A DNA stretch of 64,000 nucleotides from Candidatus Multivoradales bacterium (lineage in GTDB: Bacteria; Acidobacteriota; Thermoanaerobaculia; Multivoradales; Multivoraceae), in assembly GCA_965223325.1 (NCBI GenBank), contig CBDCWI010000001.1:2016001-2080000 (forward strand), written 5' to 3'. The notes under the pieces are model-generated. The model saw nothing but the letters and a program-made list of their open reading frames with translations, was not told the DNA's origin and ran no database searches. The translations under genes and the position numbers were made by a program. Shown one piece after another: positions 49,200 through 58,006 of this stretch; the stretch's first letter is position 1, and each line of letters starts with the position of its first letter.

Positions 49200-50326
49200 G
49201 ACTGCTCGTCGTTTCGAATACCTCTCACTACTACCGCGATGAGGAGATCGTTGGGTGGGGTCCGACCCTCATCGAACTCGACCAGACGAGCGCCCTCTTC
49301 TCTGGCATCACCCACATCGCCGAGCTCTTCGACGGGCCAGCACCCGAGGTTTCACGCGCCTACGAAACACCCATCGAGACGGTCCTCCTGCCGGCGCGCG
49401 GGGGCACGACCCTCGGGGCAAAGCTCGGGGTTCTCCTGCGCGTGCCGCGCTTCTTGTGGGTCTTCCTGCGCGAGCTCGCTCGTGCAGATGCCGTGCACCT
49501 GCGCTGCCCGGGAAGTCTCGGCCTGATCGCCATGCTGGTCCTGCCGTTCACCCGGGGTCGCCCACGGTGGATCAAGTTCGCCGGCAACTGGCGACCAGAG
49601 ACCCCGGACGCGCGCTCCTACCGCTTTCAGCGCTGGTTCCTCGAGAAGCCCTGGGCTCGAGCCGTGGTGACGGTCAACGGCGACTGGCCCGGCCAGCCCG
49701 ATCACGTCCGGGCATTCCTCAATCCCTGCCTGACGACTGAAGAGCTCTCCGCGGGCCAGAAGAGCCTGGTCAACAAGCCGGGACTCGAACCGCTGCGCCT
49801 GATCTTCGTTGGCTCGCTCCATGGCGGGAAGGGCGAACTGCGGGCCACCGAGATCGCCGCCCGCCTCGTCGATCGAGGGGTCCCAGTCGCACTCGATTTC
49901 GTCGGCGACGGCAAGCAACGACCGGCCCTCGAGGAGAGAATCGCGGCTCTAGGCATCGGAGACCAAACGACGCTGCACGGTTGGGTCGACCGGCGGCAAC
50001 TGCCGGCGCTCTACGGTTCCTCCCACGTGATTCTCCTCCCTTCGGGCAGCGAAGGCTGGCCCAAAGTTCTGAGTGAGGCGATGGCCTACGGGGTAGTGCC
50101 CGTGAGCTCCGCCGTCAGCAGTATTCCGCAGTACCTCGAGCGCTTCCGCTGCGGTCGCGCCCTACCAGTCGACGACCTCGAGGCCTTCGCCGACGCGTTG
50201 GCAACCTACGCCAGCCATCCGGAACTGTGGCGCCAGGAAGCAGAGAGGGCGATTGAAGCTGCCGCAGACTTCAGCTTCGATGCGCATCTCGAGAGACTGC
50301 GGCCGATCTTCTATCCCGACCGTTAG
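49196..50326 (+). CDS. Glycosyltransferase family 4 (GT-B)
   Basis: 'FVGSL...KG', 'VGDG', 'PS.SEGWPKVLSEAMAYG'; GTGA overlap with the GT2 gene. Confidence 0.92.
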   Translation: MRLLVVSNTSHYYRDEEIVGWGPTLIELDQTSALFSGITHIAELFDGPAPEVSRAYETPIETVLLPARGGTTLGAKLGVLLRVPRFLWVFLRELARADAVHLRCPGSLGLIAMLVLPFTRGRPRWIKFAGNWRPETPDARSYRFQRWFLEKPWARAVVTVNGDWPGQPDHVRAFLNPCLTTEELSAGQKSLVNKPGLEPLRLIFVGSLHGGKGELRATEIAARLVDRGVPVALDFVGDGKQRPALEERIAALGIGDQTTLHGWVDRRQLPALYGSSHVILLPSGSEGWPKVLSEAMAYGVVPVSSAVSSIPQYLERFRCGRALPVDDLEAFADALATYASHPELWRQEAERAIEAAADFSFDAHLERLRPIFYPDR

Positions 50327-50345
50327 AGACCGCGCTTTCGGGCGT

Positions 50346-51110
50346 TCAGGTGGCCGGCGACGGAAGCCCACCGCGCACCAGGAACTCGGCGCGCTCGAAA
50401 CGCAGCTTGCGCGACCTGAAGACGTCCTGCTTCGAGAACTCGACCGCCTCGATCGCCACCACACAACGCCAGAGCTCCGGCGGGTCGGGCCGTTTGCCCT
50501 TGAAGCCACGGGGGCTCATGACCCCGACGTTGTGCCCCTTCATCGGATCGCGGGCAGACTCCCACAGAAAAACTTCGACACCGGCCGCGCGCATCGCCGC
50601 ACCCAGACGTTGCGTGGAGCGGTAGCTGGTTGGGCTCGAGATGCGACCGCGGTAGGCGTTGAACGGTTCCCGGGTGAGATCGATGCCGCGACTCGTCTCC
50701 AGGCCGACGCGAAAGGGTGAGACCTGCAGGTAGAGCGGCGCCAGTTGTGCCTCGCTCCCGGCGAGGAAAACGAAGCGATAGAACGCGAACTCCGCCAGGG
50801 CGGTTGCACGCGCGCGAGCGCCGTACCAGATGCCACGTTCGGAGCGGCTACCGAAGCGTGAACCGTAGCGCAGCGGAGGGTAGCGAAAGGGCGTTGCCAG
50901 GAGGTAGTGCAGGCCTTCGAAGGCGGCCTCCTTCGGCAGCGGGCTCTTGCTCCTCTCGAGCAAGCCTTCGAGCACTTCCTGCTCGGCGTCGGAGTCGACC
51001 AGCTTGCGCGTCGAGTTCTTGTACTGACTCTCGACGACACGCCAGGCCGAGCCCCGCAGGCGGCGAAGCCTGGTCTCACCCGCGCAGCGCGTCCAGATAC
51101 TCGACGACAC
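50346..51110 (-). CDS. RES-domain toxin (putative NAD+ phosphorylase) of a RES-Xre TA system
   Basis: 'WRVVESQ', 'TPFRYPP...GSRF', 'GIWYGA...TALAE', 'Y..TQ.LG..MR', 'SAR'; GTG start at 51110 overlapping the antitoxin 3' end. Confidence 0.88.
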   Translation of the reverse strand: MSSSIWTRCAGETRLRRLRGSAWRVVESQYKNSTRKLVDSDAEQEVLEGLLERSKSPLPKEAAFEGLHYLLATPFRYPPLRYGSRFGSRSERGIWYGARARATALAEFAFYRFVFLAGSEAQLAPLYLQVSPFRVGLETSRGIDLTREPFNAYRGRISSPTSYRSTQRLGAAMRAAGVEVFLWESARDPMKGHNVGVMSPRGFKGKRPDPPELWRCVVAIEAVEFSKQDVFRSRKLRFERAEFLVRGGLPSPAT

Positions 51111-51480
51111 GAACCAGGCCCCTGATGGTGAGGATTTCGGTGGCAGGCACCTCTTCGAGATGGCGATTGCGCGCCCGCATCCAGGCCTGACGTGCTTCTT
51201 CGTCGCCTCCGACCAACGCGTCGAGGCTGCGGAAAAGACGCACCAGGAAGAGCCCCAACTCTCCAGCCTTGCTCTCGGGATCGAGACCGCGCACGCCACC
51301 GGCAATTCTCGACAGGGACGCTTCACTGACACCAAGCGCTGCGGCCAGCTCGCGACGGCTGAGGCCGAGGCCCGAAGCGGCCCGCAGAGTGGCCTTGCCG
51401 AGCACATCAGAAGCCAGAGCGCCGGGCGGCACCTCTTGCCACTTCTCAGACACCAGCCGATGGACGCCGGAAGGACTCAT
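51076..51480 (-). CDS. Xre/MbcA/ParS-type antitoxin
   Basis: HTH 'LSRRELAAALGVSEASLSR'; 'RLFRSLDALVGG', 'WM...N..L...P', 'GLVRVVEYLDA'. Confidence 0.9.
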   Translation of the reverse strand: MSPSGVHRLVSEKWQEVPPGALASDVLGKATLRAASGLGLSRRELAAALGVSEASLSRIAGGVRGLDPESKAGELGLFLVRLFRSLDALVGGDEEARQAWMRARNRHLEEVPATEILTIRGLVRVVEYLDALRG

Positions 51481-51545
51481 TTCATCTGAAACGTATCACA
51501 GAATATCTTGCAGGTGAAACCGAGTTCCATTCGACTCAGCGGGTT

Positions 51546-53273
51546 CTACTCGCCCAACCGCGAAAGTTCACGCGCCGCACGGATCCAAGCGTGGCGATCG
51601 CCATCGCCAACGTAGAAGTAGGCCGAGCCGTTTGGCACCAGGGCCACACCGATCCCGCCGTAGCCGAGCATCAGCGGAACCCAATGCGCGTTCTCCACAC
51701 CCGCTGGATTCGGCAGACTGACCTGGCGCGCCCACATACCGAGGCGGTAGCGCGCCGCGTCGCCGCGATGGAGAGCTGCTAGGCCGGGGTCGTCGAGTCG
51801 ACGTTGCATTGCCGAAGCCAGAAGCTCCGGCTGCAGAACCTGCCGACCGCCGGCGCGGCCCCGGTCGCTGCCCCAGAAGATTGCCAGCTTGGCAAGATCA
51901 TCGCGTGTCCAGAACAGTCCGTAGCCACCAAAGGGCAGGCCGTCGTCCCGGTTGCCGGTGCGCACCGATCGGCGAGCGCCAGCGCTCAAACCGATGGGTT
52001 CGAAGACTTCGCGGATCACCCACTCGAAGATGTCAGCCCCGGGGCCCTCTCGTTTCTCGAGGAACCGATCCATCGCCGCGATCAGCAGGAAGGTGTCGCT
52101 GGAGCGGTAGACCCACCGCTTGCCGGCTTCCTCTCGGTGCGGGTAAGACGCTGCATGAATCAGGCGTTTGCGCAGGTTCTCCTCGAGAAAGAAGTCAGCT
52201 TCGCTGACGGCGCTCTTCTCGTCGACCTGCTCGCCCGGATCGACGTAGTGGCCAGTGGCCATGTCGAGCGCATTCTCGAACGTCACGTCTTCGAGCCGGC
52301 GGCGCCCCGGGATATCAAGGTAAGCACCCAGCGGGGTACCGAGAACTTCGGAGCCGTACACCTCGGCGAGCCGCAGTAGAGCAGCCGCCGCAAAGGCGGT
52401 CTTGGCCGTCGAGTAGGACGGCAAACGCAGTTCGTCGGGATAGGGGTAGGTCCCATGACGCGTGCGGATGGGCTCGGTATAGAGCGTACGGTCTAGCACC
52501 ACGCCCGAGGAGAGCGTGTCGGCGACGTCGAGATCGACCTGGAAGGCCGAGTGATCGACCCGTTCTCCGTTCGGCCGGCGTTCGAGTTCGCGCAGCTCCC
52601 TCACCGGCAATCGACCGCTCCGTTCCCTGCGGTATCGCGAAACGACGGCTTCTCGTTCTGCGACAGCACCGGCGCGATAACGCGCTTCGAGCGCACCCGC
52701 CGCATCGAACTTGAAGTAGAGGCAGGTCTCCTGGGTGATCTGGAACGCGACCGGTGACACCTGGCTACCGTTCCAGAGAAAACTCAGGACGCCGTTATGG
52801 GTGCAGTTCTGGTTGCGCTCAACGAGCGCGAACGGCAATGAGGCCTGAGAAAGACCCTCTTCGACCTGCCAGATCCTCCCCGCTCCGACAATCGCGTTCC
52901 AGCGCGCGTGGCCCGTGAAGCGCAATCCCTCTTCCAAAGGGATCAAGGCACCTCCGTCCATGACCAGGCGAAGATCGAGCTTCGGAAAGCGTCGCACCTC
53001 GCGAACCGCCAGGCGCTCGTAGGGGTCGCGGAGCGCCGTCATTCCCGGAAGCGACTGTTCGGGAATCGAAAGCGTCCCTTCGAAGGGATGCACGGGACTA
53101 GAGGCATCGGCAGGCGGCCCGAAGTGAGCGTCGTCAACCGGGCCCAGGAAGGCGCCGCGAAGTATCACCTGGACGCTCAGAACCGAATCCTGCGCCTCTT
53201 CGGACTGAGCTCGCACCGCCGGCACAAACGGCAACAGCACAGCGAGCGCTGCCAGGAACGGTACAGAGAGCAA
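51546..53273 (-). CDS. Secreted protein with a C-terminal beta-lactamase-fold (SxxK) domain
   Basis: Signal-like 'LLSVPFLAALAVLL..VRA'; 'PSYSTAK', 'LDMATG', 'WVYRSSD', 'GYGGI'; start uncertain (ORF open to 53426). Confidence 0.72.
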   Translation of the reverse strand: MLSVPFLAALAVLLPFVPAVRAQSEEAQDSVLSVQVILRGAFLGPVDDAHFGPPADASSPVHPFEGTLSIPEQSLPGMTALRDPYERLAVREVRRFPKLDLRLVMDGGALIPLEEGLRFTGHARWNAIVGAGRIWQVEEGLSQASLPFALVERNQNCTHNGVLSFLWNGSQVSPVAFQITQETCLYFKFDAAGALEARYRAGAVAEREAVVSRYRRERSGRLPVRELRELERRPNGERVDHSAFQVDLDVADTLSSGVVLDRTLYTEPIRTRHGTYPYPDELRLPSYSTAKTAFAAAALLRLAEVYGSEVLGTPLGAYLDIPGRRRLEDVTFENALDMATGHYVDPGEQVDEKSAVSEADFFLEENLRKRLIHAASYPHREEAGKRWVYRSSDTFLLIAAMDRFLEKREGPGADIFEWVIREVFEPIGLSAGARRSVRTGNRDDGLPFGGYGLFWTRDDLAKLAIFWGSDRGRAGGRQVLQPELLASAMQRRLDDPGLAALHRGDAARYRLGMWARQVSLPNPAGVENAHWVPLMLGYGGIGVALVPNGSAYFYVGDGDRHAWIRAARELSRLGE

Positions 53274-53424
53274 CTTGCCGAGCGCGCCCTCGCGTATGAG
53301 CCGCGAGGTAGATCCATCGACAAGTTGTCGGTGATACCGTCGCCGAACCCCTGAAGCATCACGCGCTGCCATCCTTCTCGGCAGGCTGCCAGGACCCGGA
53401 ACAAACATCAAGGAGACCCACCCC

Positions 53425-53799
53425 ATGATCGGCTACGTAACTGTTGGAACCAACGACATCGACAAGGCTTGTGAATTCTACGACGCACTCCTCGGCGAGG
53501 TCGGCGCCAAGCAGATCTTCGGCATGGACAGAATCAAGTTCTACGGCACCGGCCCCGATCAACCGATGTTTGCCGTCTGCAGGCCGTATGACGAACAACC
53601 GCAGCACCAAGGCAACGGCAACATGGTGGCCATTCCCGGTGGCTCAGAAGAAGGCGTCGACAAGCTCTACGCCAAGGCCCGTGAGCTGGGAGCAACCTGT
53701 GAGGGTGAGCCCGGCGCCCGCATGCCAACTTTCTACGGTGCCTACGTCCGTGACCTCGACGGCAACAAGCTCTGCTTCTTTCAGATGAAGCCCGCCTGA
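53425..53799 (+). CDS. VOC/glyoxalase family protein
   Basis: 'MIGYVTVGTND', 'FYD', 'GNGNMVA', 'GATCEGEPG.R', 'FYGAYVRDLDGNKLCF'; AAGGAG RBS. Confidence 0.93.
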   Translation: MIGYVTVGTNDIDKACEFYDALLGEVGAKQIFGMDRIKFYGTGPDQPMFAVCRPYDEQPQHQGNGNMVAIPGGSEEGVDKLYAKARELGATCEGEPGARMPTFYGAYVRDLDGNKLCFFQMKPA

Positions 53800-53923
53800 G
53801 GCAACGCCGCTGCGGAGGGCGTTGAGAATGGCTGCGGGCGAGGGCGACGAGCACGGGTGAAACATCCACCCGCCTATTGCGTCCAATAGGCAGCTTCACC
53901 TGAACCCCGGAGATCTCTTTTCG

Positions 53924-56434
53924 ATGCTCAACGTCCGCCAGGCCCTGCGCTCGCTCTTCGGCCCGCCGCTCATCACAGCCGTCGCCATTCTGTCGTTGGC
54001 CCTCGGCGTCGGCGCGAACGCCGCAATCTTCACGCTCTTCGAGCAGCTCGTCCTGAGACCACTGCCGGTCCACCAACCGGAGCAGCTGGTCAATCTCAGG
54101 AGCCCAGGGCCCAAGATGGGGTCGGTGTCCTCGAGCAATGCCGGCGACTCCAGCTACATCTTCAGCTATCCGATGTACCGCGACCTGGAGCGGTTGGCTG
54201 AAGATCCAGAGCGCGGCCTCGCCGGCATCGCGGCGCACCGCTCTTTCGGAGCGAACCTGGCGTTCGACGGCACGACCTTCGGCGACGACGGTATGTCGGT
54301 GTCGGGCAGCTACTTTCCGCTGCTCGGGCTCCAGCCCGCGCTCGGCCGACTGCTCGGTCCCGAGGACGATACGGTCGAAGGCGGCCACCCACAGGTGGTG
54401 TTGAGCCACCGAACGTGGACCACGCGCTTCGACGCCAATCCGGCGGTCTTGAATCAGAGCCTGGTCGTCAATGGGCAACCGTTGACGATCGTGGGCGTTG
54501 CTCCACGTGGCTTCGAGGGCACAACGCTCGGCCGCAACCCGGCGATCTTCGTGCCCATTTCGATGCGCGGCGTGCTCACGCCGCGCTTCGACGCCTTCGA
54601 CAACCGCATGAGCTACTGGATCTACGTCTTCGGGCGCCTCGGTGACGGAACGCCCATTGAATCCGCCACCGCGGCCATGAACAGCTCTTACCGCTCGATC
54701 ATCCAGGAGGTCGAGCTCCCCCTCCAGGAGGGCATGGGCGAAGACGGCAAGAGCCGCTTCGCCGCCAAGGAACTGCTCCTCGAGCCGGGTAGAGGCGGTC
54801 AAAGCAGCATGCGCGCCGAGGTGACGACGCCGCTCCTTCTCCTCCTCGGCGTGACGGGTTTCGTGCTGCTGATCGCCTGCGCCAATGTCGCCAACCTGCT
54901 GCTCGCCAAATCGATGAACCGCGCCTCTGAGATCGCCACCCGCCTGTCGATCGGCGCCCGGCGCCATCAGATCGTGGGCCAGCTGCTTCTCGAGTCGTTC
55001 CTGCTGGCCGCGATGGGGGCGACCCTCGGACTGGCGGTGGCGTTCTGGACGTTGCGCGGGCTCCAACAGCTGATGCCGGCTGACGCTCTCGCCGAGCAGA
55101 TTCTCCGACTGTCTCCGGTGACCTGGATCTTTCTGGTGGTGATGGCCATTCTGACCGGCCTGGTGGGGCTGTTCCCGGCCCTGCACAGCACGCGCCATGA
55201 CCTGGTGAGCGCAATGCGCAACCAGTCGGGTCAAGTCAGCCGCGCCAAGGGAGCCAACCGCTTCCGCTACGCCATGACAACGATTCAGATCGCCCTCTCG
55301 ACCGCACTGTTGATCTCGGCCGGGCTCTTCACCCTCAGCCTCTTGAAAACCACCGAGATCGACCTCGGCATCAAGACCGACAGCCTGCTGACCTTCTCGA
55401 TCGCACCAGAGCTCAACGGTTACGAGCCGACCGAGTCGCGCGGCTTGTTCGAACGCATTGACGAGGAGGTCGAGGCACTCGCCGGTGTCGCCGATGTGAG
55501 TTCGGCGATGGTGCCACTGATCTCGGGAGACAACTGGGGAACCGGCGTCTCGGTCGAGGGCTACGTTCCTGGCCCAGACGAGAACGTCACCACCAACTAC
55601 AACGAGGTCGGGCCCGGCTACTTCGGCACCGTGGGCATTCCGCTTCTGGCGGGGCGCGACTTCACCGACAGCGACGACCTGAACTCGCCCAAGGTCGCGA
55701 TCGTCAACCAGGAGTTTGCCGAGCGCTTCGGCCTCGGCCGCAATGCGGTAGGCAAATTCATCTCGACGTCGACCGGTGACGCCGTTGAGCTAGATATCGA
55801 GATCGTCGGCCTGGTCAAGAACGCCAACTACAGCGATGTCAAGCAGGAAGCTCCCTCGCAGATGTTCCTGCCCCACAATCAGAACGAAGATCTCGGCTTC
55901 ATGAACTTCTATGTCCGCACACAAGGCGAGCCTGAGGCGCTCATGTCTTCGATTCGCACGGTCACCTCGCGACTCGACCCGAACCTACCCGTCGAGGGGC
56001 TACACACCATGGATCATCAAGTCAGCGAAATGCTGGTACTGGAGCGCGTCCTGAGCACCCTTTCGGGCGCCTTTGCAGTCCTGGCAACCATCTTGGCTGC
56101 GATTGGGCTCTACGGCGTGCTCGCCTACTCGGTAGCGCAACGACGTCGCGAGATCGGCCTGCGCATGGCTCTCGGTGCAGACTCAGGAAACGTCTGGGGC
56201 ATGATCCTCAAGCAGGTGGCGTGGTTGACCGTACCCGGCGCCCTCTTGGGCGTCGCGGCAGCGATCGGCATTGGACAGGTCGCGAAGTCACTGCTCTACG
56301 AAGTCGACGGGCACGACCCGACGGTCTTCGCGAGCGCGACTCTCACCTTGCTCGTAGTGGGCTTACTGGCCGGCCTCCTACCCGCCCGCCGCGCCACCCA
56401 GATCGACCCGATGCTGGTTCTGCGCGACGACTGA
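53924..56434 (+). CDS. Duplicated MacB/FtsX-type ABC permease (ADOP family)
   Basis: 'SLALGVGANAAIF', 'VLLIACANVANLLL', 'EIATRLSIGA', 'IGLYGVLAYSV.QRRREIGLRMALGA', 'PARRA..IDPM..LR'. Confidence 0.93.
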   Translation: MLNVRQALRSLFGPPLITAVAILSLALGVGANAAIFTLFEQLVLRPLPVHQPEQLVNLRSPGPKMGSVSSSNAGDSSYIFSYPMYRDLERLAEDPERGLAGIAAHRSFGANLAFDGTTFGDDGMSVSGSYFPLLGLQPALGRLLGPEDDTVEGGHPQVVLSHRTWTTRFDANPAVLNQSLVVNGQPLTIVGVAPRGFEGTTLGRNPAIFVPISMRGVLTPRFDAFDNRMSYWIYVFGRLGDGTPIESATAAMNSSYRSIIQEVELPLQEGMGEDGKSRFAAKELLLEPGRGGQSSMRAEVTTPLLLLLGVTGFVLLIACANVANLLLAKSMNRASEIATRLSIGARRHQIVGQLLLESFLLAAMGATLGLAVAFWTLRGLQQLMPADALAEQILRLSPVTWIFLVVMAILTGLVGLFPALHSTRHDLVSAMRNQSGQVSRAKGANRFRYAMTTIQIALSTALLISAGLFTLSLLKTTEIDLGIKTDSLLTFSIAPELNGYEPTESRGLFERIDEEVEALAGVADVSSAMVPLISGDNWGTGVSVEGYVPGPDENVTTNYNEVGPGYFGTVGIPLLAGRDFTDSDDLNSPKVAIVNQEFAERFGLGRNAVGKFISTSTGDAVELDIEIVGLVKNANYSDVKQEAPSQMFLPHNQNEDLGFMNFYVRTQGEPEALMSSIRTVTSRLDPNLPVEGLHTMDHQVSEMLVLERVLSTLSGAFAVLATILAAIGLYGVLAYSVAQRRREIGLRMALGADSGNVWGMILKQVAWLTVPGALLGVAAAIGIGQVAKSLLYEVDGHDPTVFASATLTLLVVGLLAGLLPARRATQIDPMLVLRDD

Positions 56435-56470
56435 GTCAGGGGTTGTAAGGACCAAACGACCCGTCGACCG

Positions 56471-58006
56471 TCAATCGCCGATCCTGTCGCGGTATTCGTG
56501 GCGCCAGAACATCCGCACAACGCGCCCTCGGGAATCGGCTTCGAACCGCACCGTTTCACCATCAGGAATGCGAAACGATCCGTCGGCCAGGGGAACCAGC
56601 ACGGTCGTACTGCCGCCCGCTCCATCTGAAGGCGGATAGCTCGGCTCGTAAACCACCAGCTTGCCGTCCTCGATCAGGACCCGCGATTCGAAACGCCACG
56701 GATCGCTGTAAAGCCCGACGTACGTGTGCCAGACCTCCGGGATCTCATCCGTTGCCGTCTTCCTCGCTGCCTCGTCCTGGCGCGAGAGAGCCTTCTCGAT
56801 CGCCGGCGCCAGGACATCGTAGGCCTCATAGGCAAAGAAGCTCGGGCTTCCGTCGTCGGCGTTGGTCATCGCAACCACCGCGACTTTGCGCGCCGGCGAG
56901 ACAATCAGGTGCGTGCGGTTGCCACCAATCCACCCGCCGTGAGAAACGATCGTCTCTTTGCCGGTCGCTGAGCGATCCTGGTGCGACACACTCCAGCCCA
57001 GACCACGTCCTCCTCGCCAACTCGAAGACACCCAGTGCGGGCGCTGCATCTCGCGTACTGAAAGGGCGCTGAGTACTCCTTCCCCGAGGTCTTCCAAGTC
57101 CCCTGGGTCTCTGAACTGAAGCGAGGCGAAGCGCGCCATGTCGACAACATTCGACACCAGGTTGGCGGCTGGCCCGATCGCACCAGTGTCGTAGTAGTCG
57201 AAGACCTCACGGCTACCGTCGTCCATACGGCGGTAGTAGGAGATCGCGCGCTGGCGATGATGCCGTTCGCCGGGCTGGGTGGTGCTGCTCTTCATGGCGA
57301 GCGCACCCAGCACGTTTCGATCGACGTAGTCGTGCCACGACTGACCCGACACCGCTTCGACCACCGCACCGAGAATCGACATGCCGAGATTCGAGTACTT
57401 GTAGGTGGTGTTCGGGGCGAAAATGGCGTGCTGCTCACCGAGTGCCGCACGCAGCTCCTCGAGATCGGGGAACTCGTGGGTCGTCCAGTAGGGCACGCCT
57501 CCTTCCCGGGGCAGGCCCGCGGTGTGAGTGAGCAGGTTCCAGACCGTGATGTCTCCCCAGGCGTCGAACTCGGTAGCGATCGAAAACCACGGTAGATGCT
57601 TCGACACAGGGTCGTCGAGCCTGAGCTTTCCGGCATCGCGTAGCTGCATCACCGCAGTGGCAGTAAACAGTTTGGTGACCGAACCCATGCGATAGAGAGT
57701 CTCGGGCGTCGCCGGCACCTGGCGTTTGCGATCGCTCCACCCGAAGCCGCGCGCCCAGACCAGCTCCTGATCGCGAATGACGCCGACCGAAAGACCCGGG
57801 AGATCCTGGTAGGTCAACTGCTGTTCGGCCCACAGCTCATAGATCCCAATCGCCGCCTGGACGGCAGGGTCGGCCGCGAGCTCGCTCGTGATCTCACCTC
57901 GTGCGACGAGTGAGCCAGGCGTCCCGAGGAACACGAGCAGGCACACGATTGGGAACGCCCTGGAACAGACGCCACGGCGGGAAGAGTGACGTAGTCTCGA
58001 AAACAT
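56471..58006 (-). CDS. Secreted serine hydrolase, beta-lactamase family
   Basis: 'YRMGSVTK' (SxxK), 'LLTHTAGL', 'YKYSN', 'HGGWIGG'; ATG 58006 with GGAG RBS and signal peptide. Confidence 0.9.
   Translation of the reverse strand: MFSRLRHSSRRGVCSRAFPIVCLLVFLGTPGSLVARGEITSELAADPAVQAAIGIYELWAEQQLTYQDLPGLSVGVIRDQELVWARGFGWSDRKRQVPATPETLYRMGSVTKLFTATAVMQLRDAGKLRLDDPVSKHLPWFSIATEFDAWGDITVWNLLTHTAGLPREGGVPYWTTHEFPDLEELRAALGEQHAIFAPNTTYKYSNLGMSILGAVVEAVSGQSWHDYVDRNVLGALAMKSSTTQPGERHHRQRAISYYRRMDDGSREVFDYYDTGAIGPAANLVSNVVDMARFASLQFRDPGDLEDLGEGVLSALSVREMQRPHWVSSSWRGGRGLGWSVSHQDRSATGKETIVSHGGWIGGNRTHLIVSPARKVAVVAMTNADDGSPSFFAYEAYDVLAPAIEKALSRQDEAARKTATDEIPEVWHTYVGLYSDPWRFESRVLIEDGKLVVYEPSYPPSDGAGGSTTVLVPLADGSFRIPDGETVRFEADSRGRVVRMFWRHEYRDRIGD

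Noticed and set aside
50346-51407. 353-aa version of the RES toxin
   Set aside because: The N-terminal ~99 codons overlap the antitoxin in another frame; the GTG at 51110 gives a typical family start.
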